From positions 3,424,001 to 3,488,000 of the forward strand of contig CBDFKD010000002.1 of NCBI GenBank assembly GCA_965248695.1: a DNA stretch of 64,000 nt, written 5' to 3'. Position numbers and translations under genes: made by a program. Positions 52,263-59,625 of the stretch are shown here, in pieces (positions within the stretch are counted from its first letter, which is position 1; every line of letters begins with the position of its first letter). Source of the stretch: Acidobacteriota bacterium (GTDB taxonomy: Bacteria > Acidobacteriota > UBA890 > WLXD01). The notes under the pieces are model-generated. The model worked only from the letters and a program-made list of their open reading frames with translations, did no database searches and was not told the DNA's origin.

Positions 52263-53989
52263 CAGTGCCCCCCCAACGTAACTCGAAGTGCCTCTTCAAG
52301 GCTGGTGAGGCCGGCTGTTGCCTTTGCCAGGGCATCCTGCTCGAGGCTTTCCATCCCATCGGCACGGGCGGCATTACGAATCACGCTCAGTTTCTCGCCA
52401 GCGGTGATCATCTCGCTGAGCTCGTCGGTGATTCGGACTACTTCGAAGACACCCACGCGACCGGCGTAGCCGGATTGCCGGCACTGATCGCAACCCACCG
52501 GCTTGTAGAGCACCGCATCGCTCTCCAATTGATGCTTCTCGATCATGTCCTCGGGGGGTTGGTAGGCCTCCTTGCAGTCCTTGCAGAGGCGGCGAATGAG
52601 CCGCTGCGCTTCGATGAGCCGCAGGGTCGAAGCGATCAGGAAGGGCTCGATGCCCATGTCGGCCAGCCGGTCGATCGACGACATGGCGTCGTTGGTGTGC
52701 AGCGTCGACAGGACCAGGTGACCGGTTAGCGCCGCGCGAAGGCAGATCTGTGCCGTCTCGTGATCGCGCACCTCACCAACCATGATGACGTCGGGGTCTT
52801 GGCGCAAGAAGGCGCGCAGCACGCGCTTGAAATCGAGGCCGATGGCCGACTTCGTTTGCACTTGGCCGATCCCCGGGTACTTGTACTCCACCGGGTCTTC
52901 GACGGTGACGATGTTGACCTCCGGCGAGACGAGCATGTTGAGCGTGGCGTAGAGCGTTGTCGACTTGCCGCTGCCGGTGGGACCGGTAACGAAGATGAGG
53001 CCGTGCGGCGAGTGCGCCGCCACGTCGAAGTCCGCCAGCTGGCGCTCGCGGAAACCGAGTGCCGCGAGATCGGTCGGCGCAGCCGACTTGTTGAGCACCC
53101 GCATGACCATCTTCTCGCCGAAGACGGTCGGCACTGTCGACACGCGCCAGTCGATGTCGTTCGTGCCCAACTTCGTCGTGAAGGCACCATCCTGCGGCAC
53201 GCGCTTCTCTGCGATGTCCATCTTCGACAGTACCTTGAAGCGCGATACCAGCGGAACGAAGAGCGACTTGTGCGGTGGGGTCATCTCGATCAACTTGCCG
53301 TCGATGCGAAACCGAACCTTGACGAAATCGGGATACTGCTCCAAGTGCACGTCGCTGGCGCGTTCGTCGATTGCAGAAGTGAGGATGAAGTTCGCCAGTC
53401 GGATGACCTGGTTCTCGCGGCTCTTCGAAACCGGCTTGTCGAGGTCGAGGACCTCCTCGGCGTCCTCGTCATCTTCTTCCTCTTCTTCTTCTTCTTCCTC
53501 GACCCCCTCGCTGGCCATCTCGCGGACCATGTCACGGGCGCCCCAGAGCTCATCGAGCGCATGCCCGATGTCCTCGTACGAGGCCACCGCGATGGTGACC
53601 ATGAGGCCGGTGTACAGCCGCGTCTCCTGCAGGAGGTAAGGATCGGTCGGATCAACGACAGCCACATGCACCTGCAGGCCGTCGCTGCGAACCGGAATGA
53701 GACGACGCTCGCGAGCGAACTGCTCCGAGACCAACGCGCAGAGCGTCTCGTCCGGCTTCCCTTCGGCAAAGAGGTCGGTAACCAGGGGAACCTGGAAGCG
53801 CTCTGCGTAGACTTCGGCCAACCGGGTAGGCGCGAGGGATGTCGACTCGACCAGCGCTTCTTCCAGCGCAATCGATTTGCGCGACTGAATCTGCTCGACC
53901 TTGCTTGCCTGCTCGTTGGATATTTCGCCGCTATCCAGCAGCGCCGAGATCAGTGGAGCGCGCGCAAAGGAGGTTTCGGTATCGATCAT
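52262..53989 (-). CDS. pilB: GspE/PilB extension ATPase
   Basis: ASDVHLE, IAEKRVPQDG, GPTGSGKST, TVEDPVE, LRQDPDVIMVGEVRD, TGHLVLSTLHTN, two CxxC. Confidence 0.95.
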   Translation of the reverse strand: MIDTETSFARAPLISALLDSGEISNEQASKVEQIQSRKSIALEEALVESTSLAPTRLAEVYAERFQVPLVTDLFAEGKPDETLCALVSEQFARERRLIPVRSDGLQVHVAVVDPTDPYLLQETRLYTGLMVTIAVASYEDIGHALDELWGARDMVREMASEGVEEEEEEEEEDDEDAEEVLDLDKPVSKSRENQVIRLANFILTSAIDERASDVHLEQYPDFVKVRFRIDGKLIEMTPPHKSLFVPLVSRFKVLSKMDIAEKRVPQDGAFTTKLGTNDIDWRVSTVPTVFGEKMVMRVLNKSAAPTDLAALGFRERQLADFDVAAHSPHGLIFVTGPTGSGKSTTLYATLNMLVSPEVNIVTVEDPVEYKYPGIGQVQTKSAIGLDFKRVLRAFLRQDPDVIMVGEVRDHETAQICLRAALTGHLVLSTLHTNDAMSSIDRLADMGIEPFLIASTLRLIEAQRLIRRLCKDCKEAYQPPEDMIEKHQLESDAVLYKPVGCDQCRQSGYAGRVGVFEVVRITDELSEMITAGEKLSVIRNAARADGMESLEQDALAKATAGLTSLEEALRVTLGGH

Positions 53990-54037
53990 CGTTCGACGTC
54001 AGCGCTGAAGGAAGGGGCGTCGGCAAAAGGCAACGGA

Positions 54038-54078
54038 GGCGCGGTGACGGATCCAAGTAGACCCTCCACCACCGCGCC
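54038..54078 (-). terminator. GC-rich hairpin 3' of pilin copy 1 (no U-tract; stabiliser or partial terminator)
   Basis: GGCGCGGTG ... CACCGCGCC. Confidence 0.45.
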
Positions 54079-54097
54079 CCATGAGGAGTCGCCTCAA

Positions 54098-54541
54098 TCA
54101 AGTGCCCATCGGGTTGATGGAGTCCAGCTCGTTGATGCTGCTGCTGTCGGCGTCGTAGCCGTCTTCGGTGAAAACGACCGTGTACTCGCCGTAACCGGCC
54201 GACGCACCCTTACGGGTCAGCGTCTGTGACCAGGAATCCTCGAGTGAACCGGTGCCGCCCGCCACGATCGTGCTGATGGTGAAGTACTTCGGCTCGCTGA
54301 GCTCGATGTCCAGCACCGCCGGATCATTTCCGTAGGTCGACTGGCGCGCGTGGTAGCGCTCCTGCGAGGCGCGGATCGAGCTCAAGTAGTTGAAGGCCTC
54401 CGAGGCCTTGGAACGCTCGACCGAGTCACGGAACCGCGGCACGGCGAAAGCCGCCAGGACGCCGATGATGATGATCACCACCGCCAACTCCACCAGCGTG
54501 AAGCCTTCCTGGCGCTTGGCGTTGAGACGTAAGCTGCTCAT
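54098..54541 (-). CDS. pilA: Type IV major pilin, copy 1
   Basis: KRQEG|FTLVELAVVIIIIGVLAAFAVP; GGAGG RBS; own sigma-54 promoter. Confidence 0.88.
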   Translation of the reverse strand: MSSLRLNAKRQEGFTLVELAVVIIIIGVLAAFAVPRFRDSVERSKASEAFNYLSSIRASQERYHARQSTYGNDPAVLDIELSEPKYFTISTIVAGGTGSLEDSWSQTLTRKGASAGYGEYTVVFTEDGYDADSSSINELDSINPMGT

Positions 54542-54618
54542 GTGTTTTCCCTCCGTTTCCAGACCGACTCATCATGAGTTATCTGAAGTTGTCAAAAGTT
54601 AGTAATAATCTAGATGAG

Positions 54619-54634
54619 AGCAATTAACATGCCA
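54619..54634 (-). promoter_or_regulatory. Sigma-54 (-24/-12) promoter of pilin copy 1
   Basis: Minus strand TGGCATGTTAATTGCT matches TGGCAYG-N4-TTGCW, within an AT-rich island. Confidence 0.8.
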
Positions 54635-54741
54635 GAACTTATTAGAAGTCATTTAAACGTTTCTACGTCCTACTGAGACCACCTGTGTCGCGTTTGTCGC
54701 GGACAACTGGACCCTCCTTCGGCACGTTTAGTGGGGTTCGC

Positions 54742-54780
54742 TGTCTCAGTTCGGCGCCAACGGGTGTCTCAGTTCGAGAC
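54742..54780. promoter_or_regulatory. Putative upstream activator (bEBP) sites
   Basis: TGTCTCAGTTCG occurs twice (54742, 54765); the second is quasi-palindromic TGTCTCAGTTCGAGAC, 131 bp from the promoter edge. Confidence 0.5.
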
Positions 54781-54825
54781 CGAGTCGCAAACTGGCGCGC
54801 TCAGACCAGCGTCCGCTGCAGAGCG

Positions 54826-55830
54826 TCAGTTGGGGAGCTTCAGGGTCAGCTTCGCGCCCTGGCGCCGCACGTCGATATTCAATGGCTGGCCCTTCGGGGC
54901 TGCTTGGAGAACCGCGCGCGCCTCATCGAGCGTGCTCACTGGCTTACCGTTGACCGCCAGCAGGAGATCGTCGGGCTCAAGGCCGGTTAGGCCGAGCGCC
55001 GCTCCGGTCGGGTCCGCCGGTTCGGGCACCGCCACGGCCCCTAGGCCAGGGATCAAACTGGACAGTCCGGGCACTAACGCGAGTACCCCTGGAAGTGCCG
55101 CCGGCAACCCGGTCAGCGCGGGCACAGATGGCTCACCAGCCAGTACCGGATCGGGATCAAGTGCGACCATTGCGTTGTCCAACTCTTGGACCTCGGAGAA
55201 CTGGAGGCGAGCCTCTCCGTCGGTCGCTCGCAGAACGACCCTCATGGCATCGATGGAAGAGACGAATGCGTCGCGTACTTTGTCGCCCCGACGGACGATC
55301 GCATCGACACCCTCCAGGTCATCGCCCACCATCGCCCAGCGCTCGCCACCCACTTCCGAAAGCCCCACCAACCGTAGCCCGGGCATTTCGACCGGCGGCA
55401 AGGGCACGAGGGGCGCCTTCTTCTTTGTAGGCGGCGGACCGAGATAACGCGGCAGCGTTCGTATCGGGGCCGCGCTGCTCTCATCTTCGACAGCCGTCAG
55501 TACTTCGTGGTCCTCTTCTTCTTCTTCTTCTTCTTCTTCCTGCTCTGCGCTACTTGTAGGCGCGCCTTCGGTCAGAAGATCGCGACCTGTACGGATCCGC
55601 TTACCCTTTCGGGTATCGACAATGCCATCGTCCTCCGGCAGCGGAAACGGGCCCCAAACGCCGTCAAGATCGATGGCGTCCGGCAGCTCGACCGGCGGCG
55701 GCAACGGCCACGCATCGGCCCCCCCTGACTCATCCGTCCAACCCCCGTCGCCAGCCAGTGCCGACCAGCATAGATAAATCGAGACGGCAAAGGCCGTTCC
55801 GGCGACCACGAGCTGCTGGTTGACCTGCAT
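54826..55830 (-). CDS. GspC/PilP-like assembly protein with C-terminal PDZ domain
   Basis: TM, LRLVGLSEVGGERWAMV, VRRGDKV..AFVSSI, GLEPDDLLLAVNGKPV, DVRRQG. Confidence 0.6.
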   Translation of the reverse strand: MQVNQQLVVAGTAFAVSIYLCWSALAGDGGWTDESGGADAWPLPPPVELPDAIDLDGVWGPFPLPEDDGIVDTRKGKRIRTGRDLLTEGAPTSSAEQEEEEEEEEEDHEVLTAVEDESSAAPIRTLPRYLGPPPTKKKAPLVPLPPVEMPGLRLVGLSEVGGERWAMVGDDLEGVDAIVRRGDKVRDAFVSSIDAMRVVLRATDGEARLQFSEVQELDNAMVALDPDPVLAGEPSVPALTGLPAALPGVLALVPGLSSLIPGLGAVAVPEPADPTGAALGLTGLEPDDLLLAVNGKPVSTLDEARAVLQAAPKGQPLNIDVRRQGAKLTLKLPN

Positions 55831-55833
55831 CGC

Positions 55834-56391
55834 CTACCTCATCAATGCCGCGATCGACACCGTGCTCAGAAGAGTGCCGTTGTTGTCCTGTGAGCGGATC
55901 ACGATAACCCGGCAGAAGACCTCGTTGTATTCGAGCCAACCCAAGAACTTGACGAGGTTCGTGTACGGACCCTCGACCTCGACCCTGACAATGAGCCCGG
56001 TGTAGCCGGCGAACTTGATCCGGTCCTGTTTGCGGGGCTCGAAGCTCCGTAGCTTCAACCCGGCCAACCGCATGCCGTTCATGAGATGTTCGGACCAGAA
56101 ATTGACGTCTGCCTCTTCGGGCAATCGCGACTCGTAGATCTCGAGATACGTGCGCAGTGTCACGATCTCTTCGACCAGCGAGCCGCGCTCCTGAAGCCGC
56201 TCCAGTTCTTTCTGCCGCTTGGCGATGCCGCCTTCCAGCGGCCAGTAGACGAGGGCCACCGCGGCCAGGGCAACCAAGCTGAGCACGATGACCCGCAGCT
56301 TGCGGGGATCGCGAATGTATGGATCCAACGCCTTGAGTTGTGCTTGGATCGCCGAGCTCGACCCTCCTTTGCTGACCGGTTGGAACCCCAT
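55834..56391 (-). CDS. PilO/GspM-like assembly protein
   Basis: TM + coiled coil, RLP, GLKLRSFEP, VEGPYTNLVKFLGWLE. Confidence 0.7.
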   Translation of the reverse strand: MGFQPVSKGGSSSAIQAQLKALDPYIRDPRKLRVIVLSLVALAAVALVYWPLEGGIAKRQKELERLQERGSLVEEIVTLRTYLEIYESRLPEEADVNFWSEHLMNGMRLAGLKLRSFEPRKQDRIKFAGYTGLIVRVEVEGPYTNLVKFLGWLEYNEVFCRVIVIRSQDNNGTLLSTVSIAALMR

Positions 56392-56408
56392 GGTGCGACT
56401 CTCTCTCG

Positions 56409-57911
56409 CTATCGCGGCTGACAGACGATCGAGTAGCCGCTCGTCTCGGTGAAGCCCTCGCGGCGCCACTGCACCTCGGTAAGCTCAATGATCGGGAAAT
56501 ACTCGCCCACCGCCGAAGCACGCAGAGCCTCAAGGGCGTTATCAACGCCGTCAGGGACGGCGCCCCCGGGTCCGAGCGGTGCGGCTTCACTAATCAACAG
56601 ATAGCGATCGCCGAACTCCTTCTTTTGCTTGCGCGCCCATAGCGAATCCTCGGCCGTGATGGCGTTTACCCAGCTGTCGAGCGGCAAGGTGTCGGGGATG
56701 TCTGCAAGCAGCGGCGTCCAGGTCAGGCCGCCGGCCAGGTAGTCGGACATCGGAGTCACCGATTTCTTGAGCTCCTTGGCTTCGATCTTCAGTTGCGTAT
56801 TGGACAATGACTGGGCCCACTCCACCTGCTGCTGACGGATCATCGCCATACTCAGCTGGCCGTCGAGCGCAATCAGCTGAAAGCCCAAGACAGCTCCCAG
56901 CAACGCCGTAGCGCCAACCATCGCGACTGTCTCAGTCCAGGGCAAGGTCAGGAGGATCGATGGCGGGGGCTGGATCGAGCGCGCCAAGCTCAGGGCCGGC
57001 GCCGAAGACAGCGCGCCGAGGGCGAGCCCTTCTGCGATAGCCGCCGCATCGAGCGCCCGGTCGCCGCTTTGCTCGAGGTCCAGTTCCATGAGAGCCGAGA
57101 GCCGAGCCACGGTCTCTGCGTCGGCTGGCCCCTGGAGGATGAAGCGCGTCGGGGGTCCGGAGCCGATCTTCGAAACTGCTACGGTCGTCAACCGCACCAC
57201 GGCGCCAACGAGTGCATCGAGCCAGCCGTCGTGGTTGCGCGGAATCTCGTCCCATGCCAACGGCGTGCGGCCGCGCGACAACGCCGCGATGCAGTGACGC
57301 TCGCCCATCCAAACGCGAATCTCGGCCGCGCTCCCTTTCGGGGCGACCTCGCGGTAAGCGACCCGTAACGCCGCGGCGGCGGCCAGCTCGCATCGAGCCC
57401 GCCGCGCGCCCTCCGTGCCAACGTGTCGCAGTAAGCCACGCACGTCCGCCTCTTGGGCGGCTGCGACCAACAGATACGATGTCTTGGCGACGCTCACCTC
57501 GATGCGGTCCGATAACACGGTGCTCGATCCGGTTTTGTCCCCCTCGATATAAGCGCCCAGTGAGCCACCGCCCGCAGTTATCTCGTCCTTGCGCTCTGCC
57601 TCCAGCGCCACGAAGTAGCCCGCGCCGGCGTTCAACCCCACCGCGTAGCCGATGCGTGCCTGGTTGATTGCTTCGAACATCCGACGGATTCGGGCGATGT
57701 AATGCGCCAGCCTCGGCTGCGCGACCTCATCCTCGTCTGGCGTTGCCTCGGGCTCCTCGGGCGGCGGCACCTTACTCGGAGCGATTTCGGTGTCCCGCAC
57801 GCGAGCACCGAAGGGTGTCCGTACTGCCACCGCGCGGTGCATCTCTTCGCCGTCGACGTAGTAGCCGTAGGCGCGCCTCAACTCCATTCTCAGCAACGCC
57901 GAGACGCTCAT
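56409..57911 (-). CDS. PilM/PilN-like fused assembly protein
   Basis: Large cytoplasmic domain, TM, coiled coil, WTPLLADIPDTLPLDSWV; upstream of the PilO-like gene. Confidence 0.6.
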   Translation of the reverse strand: MSVSALLRMELRRAYGYYVDGEEMHRAVAVRTPFGARVRDTEIAPSKVPPPEEPEATPDEDEVAQPRLAHYIARIRRMFEAINQARIGYAVGLNAGAGYFVALEAERKDEITAGGGSLGAYIEGDKTGSSTVLSDRIEVSVAKTSYLLVAAAQEADVRGLLRHVGTEGARRARCELAAAAALRVAYREVAPKGSAAEIRVWMGERHCIAALSRGRTPLAWDEIPRNHDGWLDALVGAVVRLTTVAVSKIGSGPPTRFILQGPADAETVARLSALMELDLEQSGDRALDAAAIAEGLALGALSSAPALSLARSIQPPPSILLTLPWTETVAMVGATALLGAVLGFQLIALDGQLSMAMIRQQQVEWAQSLSNTQLKIEAKELKKSVTPMSDYLAGGLTWTPLLADIPDTLPLDSWVNAITAEDSLWARKQKKEFGDRYLLISEAAPLGPGGAVPDGVDNALEALRASAVGEYFPIIELTEVQWRREGFTETSGYSIVCQPR

Positions 57912-58306
57912 CTCGTTGCTCCTTCGAGCTCGACAGCGCCTGCGGCGACCGCGAAGCTGCGCGGACAATCCTCTGAACGCCACCAGGCCAGCGCCTCATC
58001 GGAGACCAACCAGAGGCTCGCGGCTACGCGTTGAAACGCGACGAGCCGCTCGACGCGCTCGCCAGCGCGTACCGAGACGACCCGGCAGCTGTAGCGATCA
58101 CTGGGCGGCTGACCGGTCTTGAGCAGGTCCATGCCAACCGCGAGCACCGGACCGGAGATCGGCGCGTCGGAAGCCTCCCGGACGGAGCGCTCCTCCATGT
58201 GAAGCACCGACGACAAGCGCTGGTACGCCGCCGACCACATCATCAAGCCGACCAAAGTAAGCGCCAGCGCAGCCGGTATCGAGTAACCGTCCTCGGCGGC
58301 GAACAA
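57908..58306 (-). CDS. Pilin-like protein (PilX/GspK-like, lacks Glu5)
   Basis: EDG|YSIPAALALTLVGLMMW; GGAGG upstream of TTG. Confidence 0.55.
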   Translation of the reverse strand: MFAAEDGYSIPAALALTLVGLMMWSAAYQRLSSVLHMEERSVREASDAPISGPVLAVGMDLLKTGQPPSDRYSCRVVSVRAGERVERLVAFQRVAASLWLVSDEALAWWRSEDCPRSFAVAAGAVELEGATR

Positions 58307-58308
58307 CG

Positions 58309-58791
58309 TCAGGCCTCCCCGAATAGCGCTTCGGGTTCTTGACCGCGAACCTCGAGCGTCAGATCCAGCCGGGTGCCGCCGGTGTCGAACTCGAGCGTCG
58401 CCACGACCCGACCGCCCGGGACGTCGGCGAAAAACTCCACATGGTCGACGTACGTCGCGACGAGGACCTCGCGCCCGTCTGGGGTTTCTCGCCACAGGCC
58501 CTGTTCACGCAACCCGTAGCTCACGGGGTCGCCGTCGATGATCAGCACCAAGACTCGGGAGTCCGCCGGCGGTACGACCACGGCGGCAAGGAGATCGGCC
58601 TGTAGGTACTCACGCGCGAGCTTCGCCTCGCGTACCAGCAGCGCCTGTGACTGCAGTCGGTTCATCCACAGCGCGATCGAACCCCAGGCGCTCGCGAAGG
58701 CCACCAGCGCAATGCTGCCGATGGTCACCGCGAGGACGAGCTCCAGTAGACCAATCCCGCGCTGCTCGCCCATTTCCGTTAGCGAATGCAT
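58309..58791 (-). CDS. Minor pilin (PilW/GspJ-like)
   Basis: QRG|IGLLELVLAVTIG; L..DL..A helix. Confidence 0.75.
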   Translation of the reverse strand: MHSLTEMGEQRGIGLLELVLAVTIGSIALVAFASAWGSIALWMNRLQSQALLVREAKLAREYLQADLLAAVVVPPADSRVLVLIIDGDPVSYGLREQGLWRETPDGREVLVATYVDHVEFFADVPGGRVVATLEFDTGGTRLDLTLEVRGQEPEALFGEA

Positions 58792-58825
58792 GGTCCCGTG
58801 TCCTCGCCCGGATACAACAGCGACC

Positions 58826-58863
58826 GCGCCGTGACTGACGCTCGTAGACGCCGGTCACCGCGC
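58826..58863 (-). terminator. Hairpin 3' of pilin copy 2, homologous to 54038-54078
   Basis: GCGCCGTGAC ... GTCACCGCGC; shared GTAGAC in the loop. Confidence 0.45.
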
Positions 58864-58881
58864 AGCCGCAGGAGGGCCGCT

Positions 58882-59325
58882 TCAGGTGCCCATCGGGTTG
58901 ATGGAATCCAACGAGGCGATCGTGCCGTTGGTGGCGTCGTAACCGTCTTCGGTGAAGACGATCGTGTACTCACCGTAGCCGGCCGACGCGCCCTTGCGGG
59001 TCAGCGCCTGCGACCACGAGTCCTCGAGCGAACCGGTCGTACCGGGCTCGATCGTGCCGAGCGTGAAGTACTTCGGGTCGCTGAGCTTGATGTCCAAGTC
59101 GTCCGAATCGTCCGAATAGGTCGACTGGCGGGCGTGGAAACGCTCCTGTGCGGCGCGGACCGAGCTCAGGTAGTTGAAGGCCTCCGAGGCCTTGGAACGC
59201 TCAACCGAGTCGCGGAATCGCGGCACGGCGAAAGCCGCCAAGACACCGATGATGATGATCACCACCGCCAGCTCCGCCAGCGTGAAGCCTTCCTGGCGCT
59301 TGTTGTTGAGACGCAAGCTGCTCAT
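58882..59325 (-). CDS. pilA: Type IV major pilin, copy 2
   Basis: KRQEG|FTLAELAVVIIIIGVLAAFAVP; 122/147 identical to copy 1 by manual alignment; AGGAG RBS. Confidence 0.88.
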   Translation of the reverse strand: MSSLRLNNKRQEGFTLAELAVVIIIIGVLAAFAVPRFRDSVERSKASEAFNYLSSVRAAQERFHARQSTYSDDSDDLDIKLSDPKYFTLGTIEPGTTGSLEDSWSQALTRKGASAGYGEYTIVFTEDGYDATNGTIASLDSINPMGT

Positions 59326-59406
59326 GTTGCTACTCCTGGTTGTTGGAGTCGACATACCCGACTCCGCCGATCGGAGCCACTGTTGAATGTCTCCGGGCAA
59401 TGTACG

Positions 59407-59422
59407 AGCACGTTACATGCCA
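59407..59422 (-). promoter_or_regulatory. Sigma-54 promoter of pilin copy 2
   Basis: Minus strand TGGCATGTAACGTGCT (GG-N10-GC intact), with a very AT-rich tract upstream (59430-59517). Confidence 0.72.
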
Positions 59423-59530
59423 AACAGCGCGTTTTTACATGTTTAAATCATATATTCTATTTATTAATCACTTTTACTTATCATAACTAGCTAATTCTAA
59501 CTATTCAGATATATAATGGCCCCGTCCGCG

Positions 59531-59567
59531 AATCTCAGAACGGAGCATCCCTGTCTCGGATCGGGAC
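59531..59567. promoter_or_regulatory. Putative upstream activator sites for pilin copy 2
   Basis: TGTCTCGGATCGGGAC at 59552, 130 bp from the promoter edge, plus degenerate ATCTCAGAACGGAGC at 59532. Confidence 0.45.
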
Positions 59568-59625
59568 GGCTCCTGTGCAACGTCGGCGCTATCTGCGCTC
59601 CGGGCGGCCGGCTATCAGAGAGACT

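Noticed and set aside
58882-59325. Silent pilS-like cassette
   Set aside because: Complete leader, RBS and its own sigma-54 promoter
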